DNA of 64,000 nucleotides from Parcubacteria group bacterium (GTDB lineage Bacteria; Patescibacteriota; Minisyncoccia; Phycocordibacterales; CALRHW01): NCBI GenBank assembly GCA_039740835.1, contig JBCLGW010000001.1, positions 27,640 to 91,639 of the forward strand, read 5' to 3'. Shown piece by piece: positions 56,952 to 64,000 of this stretch (position 1 is its first letter; each line of letters starts with the position of its first letter). The notes under the pieces were generated by a model. It saw only the letters and a program-made list of their open reading frames with translations, ran no database searches and was not told where the DNA came from. The position numbers and the translations under genes were made by a program.

Positions 56952-57497
56952 ATGTCAAGACAAAAAATACAAGAAGGTCGCAATTGGTACGTCATTCATA
57001 CATACGCTGGCTATGAAAACGCAGTGATGCGAAATCTCAAACAGCGTATTGAGTCTCTAGGCATGGAAGACAAAATTTTTAACGTCATTGTGCCGACTGA
57101 AAAAAAGATAAAAATCAAAGGTGGTAAAAGAGTGGAGGAGGAAGAGAAAATATATCCAGGATATATTCTTGTAGATATGACAGTGACTGACGACTCATGG
57201 TATGTTGTGCGGAACACTCCGCGCGTGACTGGCTTTGTGGGCTCTGGCGTATATCCTGTGCCGATTGATAAAAAGGAAGTTGAGGATCTTTTCAAACGAA
57301 TGAATGCTGACACAACTAAATACAACATTGACCTAGCTCCTGAAGACGCGGTAAAGATAGTAGACGGTCCATTTAAAGACCTAGAAGGAAAGGTGGGTGA
57401 GGTAGATAATGAGCGAGGCAAGGTAAAAGTGCTCGTGGCAATGTTTGGTCGCGAAACTCCAGTCGAGCTTGATTTCTTGCAAGTAAAGAAGATTTAA
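56952..57497 (+). CDS. nusG: Transcription termination/antitermination factor NusG
   Basis: NGN domain WYVIHTYAGYEN and a C-terminal KOW domain (..KIVDGPFKDLEGKVGEVD..). Confidence 0.85.
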   Translation: MSRQKIQEGRNWYVIHTYAGYENAVMRNLKQRIESLGMEDKIFNVIVPTEKKIKIKGGKRVEEEEKIYPGYILVDMTVTDDSWYVVRNTPRVTGFVGSGVYPVPIDKKEVEDLFKRMNADTTKYNIDLAPEDAVKIVDGPFKDLEGKVGEVDNERGKVKVLVAMFGRETPVELDFLQVKKI

Positions 57498-57518
57498 GAT
57501 AAGGTAATTTACACATAT

Positions 57519-57944
57519 ATGGCAAAGAAAATAACAAAAAAATTAAAGCTAGTTATCGCTGCAGGTAAGGCAACTCCAGCTCCACCAGTGGGTCCGGCTC
57601 TTGGTCAGGCGGGTATAAACATTGGCGAGTTTGTAAAGCAGTTTAACGACAAGACAAAAGGTATGATGGGTGACATCGTGCCCGTCGCCATTACTGTTTA
57701 CGAAGACCGAACTTTCTCTTTTGTATTAAAAACTCCTCCAGCTTCAAGTCTTATTTTAAAAGCTATCGGTGCTGAAAAAGGTTCTGGTACAAACAAGACT
57801 AAAAAAGTAGGGAAGATAAGCAAGGCTCAAATCCGCGAGATAGCAGAAAAGAAAATGGTGGATCTAAATGCTCACAATATAGACGCTGCAGTAAAGATTA
57901 TTGCTGGCTCAGCGCGGTCAATGGGAGTGGAGGTGGAAGGTTAA
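57519..57944 (+). CDS. rplK: 50S ribosomal protein L11
   Basis: [34 protein letters not shown] is canonical L11. Confidence 0.9.
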   Translation: MAKKITKKLKLVIAAGKATPAPPVGPALGQAGINIGEFVKQFNDKTKGMMGDIVPVAITVYEDRTFSFVLKTPPASSLILKAIGAEKGSGTNKTKKVGKISKAQIREIAEKKMVDLNAHNIDAAVKIIAGSARSMGVEVEG

Positions 57945-57962
57945 AAATCAAAAGAAAAAACT

Positions 57963-58679
57963 ATGAGAGAATCTTTTCCAAAACATGACTCCGGCACCAC
58001 GGGGGTTCTATTTGAGCATGAAGTTTGGGGAGATAAAATAAATATTCCAAATTGGAATTTTAAGGAGGCAGTAGACTTAAAGATATCAGGAAATATATCG
58101 GAATACATTAAGCGTATTGTTCAAACACTTATGAGCTCTGGTTTTATTAAAGGAAACTCTGTAGAAGAGGCGACAAAAAATTATAAAAGGCTTAAACCCC
58201 AAGAACAAAAAGAATTATTACTTGAACACGCAACAAAATTTCAACCAGAAAAATGGGACTCAGAAAATCCTAACACCGATAAAAAACACGCAATTTTAGG
58301 AGCTCTTCATGAAGCGGTTGATGAATATATTTTAAATAGAGCTGACGAAGAAGATATTCTTTTAAATGACCTAGACAGAGTTCATTGTTATAATCTTTTG
58401 CAATCTCCAGTAGATATTGCATTTGGTTCAGATGGGGTTTTTAAATTTGGGGGTGTTTGGGTAACAGTTGATACTACGAAAAATTCACAAAAAAATGAAC
58501 GTAATGACATAAGAGAGTTACGTTCAGTAATTTTTAGAGACGAGGGTCTACTTGACGAGGATGGAAATATTCAAAAAGAGGTGATAAAAAGAACCGCAAA
58601 AATTATCGGGAATGATTTGTTTGAAGGATATTGTTTGCAAAATGGAATAGACAGAAAGTCGCTTGAAAAGGCGGCATAG
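57963..58679 (+). CDS. Hypothetical protein in the position normally occupied by rplA (L1)
   Basis: 238 aa. No similarity to L1. No transmembrane segment. Confidence 0.35.
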   Translation: MRESFPKHDSGTTGVLFEHEVWGDKINIPNWNFKEAVDLKISGNISEYIKRIVQTLMSSGFIKGNSVEEATKNYKRLKPQEQKELLLEHATKFQPEKWDSENPNTDKKHAILGALHEAVDEYILNRADEEDILLNDLDRVHCYNLLQSPVDIAFGSDGVFKFGGVWVTVDTTKNSQKNERNDIRELRSVIFRDEGLLDEDGNIQKEVIKRTAKIIGNDLFEGYCLQNGIDRKSLEKAA

Positions 58680-58711
58680 TTGCGTTTTTTCTAAAATGTG
58701 CTATAGTACTT

Positions 58712-58975
58712 GTGGAGGTATTTTTCATGCAGTATGTAGTTATTTGTGAGAAATGTAGGCGAAACAATCGTGTTGTTAGCCTTGAAGTCCTTTCTTTTTT
58801 TGCCAAACCAGAGGAACAGCAATTTATCCGCACGGCTAGAGAAATAGAAGATGCAAATCTTCCAGACACCCTTGGGGTGGCGTTGCGGTTTGATGCTGAT
58901 GGCTGTGAGAAGTGTTCAGAAAACAGATCACTTAAGTTTGAGGTCATTCGAATTAAAACGAAGACCAGTGCTTAA
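58712..58975 (+). CDS. Small Cys4 zinc-ribbon hypothetical protein
   Basis: CEKC...(about 60 aa)...CEKC. The start may be the Met at 58727 (MQYVVICEKC). A strong terminator follows. Confidence 0.3.
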   Translation: MEVFFMQYVVICEKCRRNNRVVSLEVLSFFAKPEEQQFIRTAREIEDANLPDTLGVALRFDADGCEKCSENRSLKFEVIRIKTKTSA

Positions 58976-59016
58976 AACACCAACAGAACTACGGAGTTCT
59001 GTTGGTGTTTTCTTTT
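58976..59016 (+). terminator. Rho-independent terminator
   Basis: ACACCAACAGAACTACGGAGTTCTGTTGGTGT followed by TTTCTTTTG. Confidence 0.55.
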
Positions 59017-59042
59017 GATTTTTATTCAGACATCCTACATAA

Positions 59043-60161
59043 TTGGTTTATATGACCGCACGGCAAAAAGACAAAAAACTCGGAGCATTACCTTTTCAAA
59101 TGATTTCTTTGCTTGTTTTAAAGGGCTCTATAAAAGGTTCGGTGCTACAAAATATAAAACCAGCGTCGCTTGACCTTTCTATTTCAGATGAGATATATAA
59201 AGTTGAAGGGATTTTTGCGCCAAAAGTAAATGAAACTGTGCGCGATGTGCTTTCTCAAATAAAAAAAAGTAAACACAGTATTGGCAAACCACTTTTAAAC
59301 GGAAATGTTTATGTTGTGCGTTTAAACGAAACTCTTGCACTGCCAAAAAATATTTACGCATATTGCAATCCAAAATCTACCAGTGGCAGAATAGATACTC
59401 ACGTGCGCCTCATTGCCGACGGCATGTCTCGATACGATTCTCTAAACGCTGGTTTCAAAGGCGAGCTTTGGGTTTCTGTAATACCCCAATCTTTTCCGAT
59501 AAAAGTATACAAAGGACTTTGTCTAAATCAGCTAAGGTTTTTTAACGGAGATACCCGTGTGACCGAAAGTGAGCTCGACGAAATAATGAAAAAACACAAA
59601 CTTGTCTGGAGACAAAAAGACGGCAAAGCTTATTCTTATGACGATATAAAAATCCGTGATAACGACGGGTCACTCATACTCACCCTCGATCTAGAACACG
59701 AAGTCCTTGGTTTTGAAAGCATCGCATCAAAAACTCCAGTAGACCTTTCAAAGATTGCTTTTTATGATGCAAAGAAATTTTTTAAACCTGTAAAAAAGAA
59801 AAATGGATATTTATATTTAAAAAAAGATTCATTTTATATTCTCTCTACTTTTGAATTAGTGCGTGTGCCACCAGATCTAGCATGCGAAATGATGCCTATG
59901 GACGAGCGTAGCGGAGATTTCAGGTCACACTATGCTGGCTTTATTGACCCAGGATGGGGTTGGGGAAAAAATGGCGAGGGAAAGGGGCGCACGCTTACAC
60001 TTGAAGTGCGACCATTTGAGGATTTGATAGTCCGACAAGGTCAGCCGATAGGAAAGATAAGATTTGAACATATGGCTGTCGCGCCAAAAGAAGCATATGA
60101 TAGTGTTTCTTCAAACTATGTAAAACAATCTGGGCCAAAATTAGCAAAACATTTTAAATAA
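59043..60161 (+). CDS. dcd: 2'-deoxycytidine 5'-triphosphate deaminase, long form (DCD, PF06559-like)
   Basis: N-terminal region IKPASLDLSISDEIYKVEGIFAP...ETVRDVL matches the long Dcd family pattern (QPASLDLRLG..AYRV..SFLP). 372 aa. Functionally clustered with folA, thyA, tmk and dut. Confidence 0.6.
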   Translation: MVYMTARQKDKKLGALPFQMISLLVLKGSIKGSVLQNIKPASLDLSISDEIYKVEGIFAPKVNETVRDVLSQIKKSKHSIGKPLLNGNVYVVRLNETLALPKNIYAYCNPKSTSGRIDTHVRLIADGMSRYDSLNAGFKGELWVSVIPQSFPIKVYKGLCLNQLRFFNGDTRVTESELDEIMKKHKLVWRQKDGKAYSYDDIKIRDNDGSLILTLDLEHEVLGFESIASKTPVDLSKIAFYDAKKFFKPVKKKNGYLYLKKDSFYILSTFELVRVPPDLACEMMPMDERSGDFRSHYAGFIDPGWGWGKNGEGKGRTLTLEVRPFEDLIVRQGQPIGKIRFEHMAVAPKEAYDSVSSNYVKQSGPKLAKHFK

Positions 60162-60239
60162 AAGTTGTCATGCAAAAAGGTTTTCTCGCTAAAGCGCGAT
60201 TACGCTAACCCGCTCGAAGACCTTTTTGCATGACAACTT
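60162..60239. terminator. 18-bp perfect inverted repeat between convergent dcd and folA; bidirectional terminator or protein-binding palindrome
   Basis: Left arm AAGTTGTCATGCAAAAAGG and right arm CCTTTTTGCATGACAACTT, separated by a 40-nt loop. The arms abut both stop codons. Confidence 0.45.
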
Positions 60240-60740
60240 TTATTTCTCAAACGTAGTAAAGGTGAGCCGGAATGGAGTTTTTTCGTCTGGCTCGTGCACA
60301 GCTTCCTTTGTTTTTTTCCAGCTAGATAAGTCGGTGAGAGGGAAGTATACATCGCCCTCAAACTCGTCGTCTATAAAAGTGATATATATTTTGTCGGCGT
60401 AAGGTAAAAATTCTTTATAAATTGTTCTTCCGCCGATTATCATTATTTCTTCGTTTTTTGCCATTTCTAAGACTGGCTCAATAGAGTCAAACACTACAAT
60501 ATTTTCAGTCGATAGATTTTCAGGTAATGGCTCTTTTGAAAGCACTATATTTTTTCTATCAGGTAGAGCTTTGCCTAGTGATTTGAAAGTAACAGCGCCC
60601 ATCACAATAGTTTTGCCGAGTGTTTTTTCTCGGAAAAATTTCATATCAGCAGAAAGTTTTGGCCAAGGCAAAGAAAGTCCTTTACCTATTAGAAAATTTT
60701 TATCAACTCCAGCTATAAGTGTTATCATTTTTTTAAACAA
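60240..60740 (-). CDS. folA: Dihydrofolate reductase
   Basis: Sequences MITLIAGVDKNFLIGKGLSLPW and ..GRTIYKEFLP. 8-nt overlap with thyA. Confidence 0.8.
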   Translation of the reverse strand: MFKKMITLIAGVDKNFLIGKGLSLPWPKLSADMKFFREKTLGKTIVMGAVTFKSLGKALPDRKNIVLSKEPLPENLSTENIVVFDSIEPVLEMAKNEEIMIIGGRTIYKEFLPYADKIYITFIDDEFEGDVYFPLTDLSSWKKTKEAVHEPDEKTPFRLTFTTFEK

Positions 60741-61560
60741 TCATCACCGCCTTTATCGCTGGATGATGATTGTAATCTACGAGTTTTATATCATCCATCG
60801 TAAATTTGTCTATGTCTTTTATTTCTGGATTGAGCCAAAGTTTTGGCGGATTCATGGGTTCTCGCGAGAGCTGTTCTTTTACCGCGTCAAAATGTTCGTG
60901 ATAAATATGCGCGTCGTTTAAAGTGAGAATACATTCGTGCGGTGTAAATCCAGTAACTTGCGCCACCATTGCAAGCAAAAGGGAATACGATGCAATGTTA
61001 AATGGCACGCCCAAAAACATATCACAGCTACGTTGCATCATATGCAAAGAAAGTTTTCCATTTGCGGCAAAAAATTGGAAAATGATGTGGCAGGGCGGAA
61101 GCGCCATCTCATCAAGCTCACCAGGGTTCCAAGCGGTGACGATGAGTCGCCTGTCATTTGGGTCTTTTTTTAATTTTTCAATAACAGTTTTTATTTGATC
61201 TATAGTGCTACCGTCTGGCTTTCTCCATGCTCGCCATTGCACGCCGTAAATCCGCCCAAGGTCACCCTTAAATTTTGCTTTCGGTGTCCAAAAGTCCGCC
61301 TCCGCGTTTGCTGTCCAAATAGTTTTTTCTGTGCCGTTTAATTCTTTCAGGCGATTGTCGTCGCTACTACCTTCGAGAAACCAAAGTAACTCACTTTTTA
61401 CAGCATTGAAAGCAAGTTTTTTTGTTGTCACTGCAGGAAAGCCGTCTTCTAGATTAAATCGCATCTGCTTTGCAAAAAGGGCGCGTGTCACCGCATTTCG
61501 TCCCTTTCTATCAACACCATTTTTCATGATTTCCTTTAGGATTTCATTGTATATTTTCAT
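60733..61560 (-). CDS. thyA: Thymidylate synthase (ThyA)
   Basis: Sequence ..DRRLIVTAWNPGELDEMALPPCHIIFQF.. contains the catalytic Cys. The start was chosen at MKIYNEILKEI; the track ORF extends upstream to 61686. Confidence 0.85.
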   Translation of the reverse strand: MKIYNEILKEIMKNGVDRKGRNAVTRALFAKQMRFNLEDGFPAVTTKKLAFNAVKSELLWFLEGSSDDNRLKELNGTEKTIWTANAEADFWTPKAKFKGDLGRIYGVQWRAWRKPDGSTIDQIKTVIEKLKKDPNDRRLIVTAWNPGELDEMALPPCHIIFQFFAANGKLSLHMMQRSCDMFLGVPFNIASYSLLLAMVAQVTGFTPHECILTLNDAHIYHEHFDAVKEQLSREPMNPPKLWLNPEIKDIDKFTMDDIKLVDYNHHPAIKAVMIV

Positions 61561-61621
61561 ATGTATAAATTGTAACACAGGCAATATGGCGGTCACTTTT
61601 TTTGTGTTACACTTTAGCCAA

Positions 61622-62797
61622 ATGAAAGACAAACAAATCGAAAAACTCATAAAAGCAGAAGCGACTCGGCAAGACAAAGTAGTCAACCTTATAGCCTCAG
61701 AAAACTATGTTTCAGATGATGTTTTGGTAGCTTTGGGAAGCAAATTGACCAATAAATACGCAGAGGGATATCCGGGAAAGAGATACTACGGCGGGCAAAA
61801 AGTAGTAGATGAAATAGAAAATGTTTGTCGTGAGCGAGCACTTAAACTTTTCAAACTCGCAACGAAAAACTGGCATGTGAATGTTCAGCCACTTTCGGGC
61901 TCGCCGGCAAACGTTGCGGTCTATACTGCGCTCGTTTCTCCGCATGGAAAAATTATGGGAATGAGTTTGGATCAAGGCGGTCATTTGACGCACGGACACA
62001 AAGTTTCGGTGACGGGAAAATTTTGGAATCAGATTGCTTTTGGGGTGGATAGAAATACTGAAGTGCTAGATTATGAAGTGCTCAAAAAAATCGCGCTGGA
62101 ACACAAGCCAAATATTATCGTTGCTGGTTTTACTGCGTATCCGCGCATAGTTGATTTCAAAAAGTTTCGCGAAATAGCAGACGCGTGTGGTGCATATCTC
62201 ATGGTAGACATGTCGCACTTTGCTGGACTTGTCGCTGGCGATGCATATCCAAGTCCTTTCAAATATGCAGACGTGGTCACTACTACAGTACACAAAACTC
62301 TTCGCGGTCCACGCAGTGCGATTATTTTTGTGCGAAAAGATAAACGCGAGCTAGATCGACTCATAGACAAGGCAGTGTTTCCGGGGATGCAGGGCGGACC
62401 ACATCTCAATCAAATAGCGGCGGTCGCTGTCGCCCTCAAAGAAGCCGATACGCCAGCTTTCAAAAAATATGCAACACAGGTGATAAAAAATGCAAAAGTG
62501 CTTGCAGGCGAATTACAAAAACTTGGCTGGAAAATAATTTCTGGTGGCACAGACAGCCATCTTGTGCTAGTAGACACTTGGATGAATGGAAAGGGAATTT
62601 CTGGCAGTAAAGCGAGCATGCGCCTAGAAGACGCGGGGATAATTGTAAACAAAAATACTATTCCATATGAGACACGCTCTCCATTTGACCCTTCGGGTAT
62701 TCGTCTCGGCACTGCGGCGGAAACTACTCGCGGAGCAAAAGAAAAAGATATGAAAGAAATTGCGCAGAGGATAGATAAAATTTTAAAGAAAAAATAA
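61622..62797 (+). CDS. glyA: Serine hydroxymethyltransferase
   Basis: Sequence ..LIASENYVSDDVLVALGSKLTNKYAEGYPGKRYYGG.. and the PLP-binding Lys in VVTTTVHKTLRGPR. The start was chosen at MKDKQIEKL; the track ORF begins at 61331. Confidence 0.9.
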   Translation: MKDKQIEKLIKAEATRQDKVVNLIASENYVSDDVLVALGSKLTNKYAEGYPGKRYYGGQKVVDEIENVCRERALKLFKLATKNWHVNVQPLSGSPANVAVYTALVSPHGKIMGMSLDQGGHLTHGHKVSVTGKFWNQIAFGVDRNTEVLDYEVLKKIALEHKPNIIVAGFTAYPRIVDFKKFREIADACGAYLMVDMSHFAGLVAGDAYPSPFKYADVVTTTVHKTLRGPRSAIIFVRKDKRELDRLIDKAVFPGMQGGPHLNQIAAVAVALKEADTPAFKKYATQVIKNAKVLAGELQKLGWKIISGGTDSHLVLVDTWMNGKGISGSKASMRLEDAGIIVNKNTIPYETRSPFDPSGIRLGTAAETTRGAKEKDMKEIAQRIDKILKKK

Positions 62798-62823
62798 CGG
62801 AGCGAATAAACCCAACCAAATTT

Positions 62824-63522
62824 ATGAAAAAAGGAAAATTTATAGTGATAGACGGTATTGATGGTTCTGGAAAAGCGACACAAACAAGACTTTTGGTAGA
62901 GCGACTCAAAAAAGCGGGTGTGAAAGTAAAGACTATAGATTTTCCTAGATATGAGAGCAATTTTTTTGGTGAACTTTTAGGCAAATATCTTTCAGGCGTT
63001 TACGGAGATTTTACTCAGGTAGATCCGCGTGTCGCTTCTGTGCTTTATGCTGGCGACCGTTTTGAATCAAGTAAAGAAATACGTAAGTGGATAGAGGACG
63101 GCTACACTGTGGTCGCTGACAGATATGTAAGTGCAAACCAGATTCATCAAGGGGGGAAAATAGATAATCCAAAAGACAGAAAAGAGTTTTTAGATTGGCT
63201 TGATGAGATGGAGTACGGCGTTTTCAAAATTCCTCGACCAGATCTAGTGATATATCTGGATGTGCCTTTTGAGGTAAGTAAAGAGTGGTTAAAAAACAAG
63301 GTATTGAAGGAAAAGAAAAAATATTTGGAAGGCAGAAAAGATGTTGTAGAAGAAAACCTGAAGTATTTAAAAAATTCTAGAGATACTGCAATTGTTTTAG
63401 AAAAAGAAAATAAAGATTGGCAAAAGGTAGAGTGCTGTCAGGGAATGGTGTGCATGTTACCAGAGCAAGTCAGTGAATATGTTTTTAAAATTGCAAAAAA
63501 TAAACTTGGTATCAAAGCGTAG
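62824..63522 (+). CDS. tmk: Thymidylate kinase
   Basis: P-loop FIVIDGIDGSGKATQ, DRY-like motif ADRY, and the lid region. Confidence 0.85.
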   Translation: MKKGKFIVIDGIDGSGKATQTRLLVERLKKAGVKVKTIDFPRYESNFFGELLGKYLSGVYGDFTQVDPRVASVLYAGDRFESSKEIRKWIEDGYTVVADRYVSANQIHQGGKIDNPKDRKEFLDWLDEMEYGVFKIPRPDLVIYLDVPFEVSKEWLKNKVLKEKKKYLEGRKDVVEENLKYLKNSRDTAIVLEKENKDWQKVECCQGMVCMLPEQVSEYVFKIAKNKLGIKA

Positions 63523-63541
63523 AGAATGATAGTGTTATATT

Positions 63542-63970
63542 ATGTCGCTTGTATTAAAGATAAAAAAAATAAAAGAAGGTGGCATGGTGCCACAGTACGC
63601 TCACAGAGGAGATGCGGCGCTTGACCTTTTTGCCAGTGAGGCAGTGACTCTTGCACCGATGGAGCGCAAAGCTATACCGACTGGTATTGCAATGGAAATT
63701 CCAGAAGGATTTGTTGGTTTGATTTGGGACAAAAGTGGGCTTTCTATGAAAAACGGTCTAAAGACTCTCGGCGGAGTGGTAGACTCTACATATCGCGGAG
63801 AGGTGCTCGTGGGGATGATAAATCTTTCACAGGAAGCTTACACTTTTGAAGCTGGTCACAAAATCGCCCAAATGATAATTCAGAAAAAGGAAGATGTATT
63901 GGTAGAGGAGATGACCGAGCTTTCTGATACAGCACGCGGGGAGAGAGGTTTTGGTAGTACTGGGAAATAA
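63542..63970 (+). CDS. dut: dUTP diphosphatase (trimeric dUTPase)
   Basis: dUTPase motifs AAGLDL-like (DAALDLFA), GLIWDKSGLS, GVVDSTYRGEV and RGERGFGSTG. Confidence 0.85.
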   Translation: MSLVLKIKKIKEGGMVPQYAHRGDAALDLFASEAVTLAPMERKAIPTGIAMEIPEGFVGLIWDKSGLSMKNGLKTLGGVVDSTYRGEVLVGMINLSQEAYTFEAGHKIAQMIIQKKEDVLVEEMTELSDTARGERGFGSTGK

Positions 63971-64000
63971 CAGGCTAAAAAATTCTAAAAAAATGCTCAA

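Noticed and set aside
61561-61686. N-terminal extension of thyA as given by the ORF track (start at 61686)
   Set aside because: The extension is Cys/Phe-rich, non-conserved, and would overlap the glyA promoter and start. The conserved ThyA N-terminus begins at MKIYNEILKEI.
1-64000. CRISPR arrays, rRNA genes, and transposase or integrase genes
   Set aside because: No regularly spaced direct repeats, no 16S/23S/5S signatures, and no recognisable transposase, integrase or recombinase ORFs were seen in the window.

Overview
This 64 kb window looks like a chromosomal segment from a small, AT-rich bacterial genome of the Candidate Phyla Radiation (CPR) / Patescibacteria type. Genes are short and tightly packed, with many secreted or membrane hypotheticals. 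No rRNA and no CRISPR array were found. There are seven tRNAs.

The window spans the replication origin: yidC, rnpA and rpmH on the minus strand, then dnaA, an AT-rich spacer with DnaA boxes, and dnaN.

Housekeeping content includes:
- DNA repair and recombination: pcrA/uvrD, ruvA, ruvB, ruvC, ruvX, fpg, polA, holA.
- Cell wall: a class A penicillin-binding protein, a MurE-like ligase, an amidase, and a LysM+M23 peptidase.
- Type IV pilus: pilB and pilM, pilN, pilO.
- Translation and RNA: rsmA, tsaE, tyrS, rpsT, rplS, secE, nusG, rplK.
- A complete dCTP-to-dTTP (thymidylate) cluster: long-form dcd, folA, thyA, glyA, tmk, dut, with folD nearby.

The most interesting region is a roughly 13 kb block of secreted and membrane proteins immediately upstream of the origin, at about 4.0-17.0 kb. 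It carries the core of a minimal Gram-positive/CPR-style type IV secretion-like apparatus:
- a VirB6/TrbL-like polytopic membrane protein;
- a PrgI/VirB3-like protein;
- a VirB4/TraC ATPase split by a single in-frame TAA;
- a TrbC/VirB2-like pilin-type protein.

No coupling protein or relaxase is present in the window. This fits the non-conjugative, host-interaction T4SS-like systems described in episymbiotic CPR bacteria. Most of the accompanying proteins are uncharacterised.

Other notable points:
- tyrS is frameshifted inside a 9-G homopolymer.
- A signal-peptide protein beginning Cys-x-Cys (TIMP/NTR-like) sits next to a cytoplasmic HExxHxxQ protein.
- Ribosomal protein L1 is absent after rplK and replaced by hypotheticals.
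- A perfect consensus sigma70-type promoter drives a highly structured 165 nt leader.
- A GC-rich islet encodes a His-rich lipoprotein.
- An HNH endonuclease overlaps tRNA-Ser.
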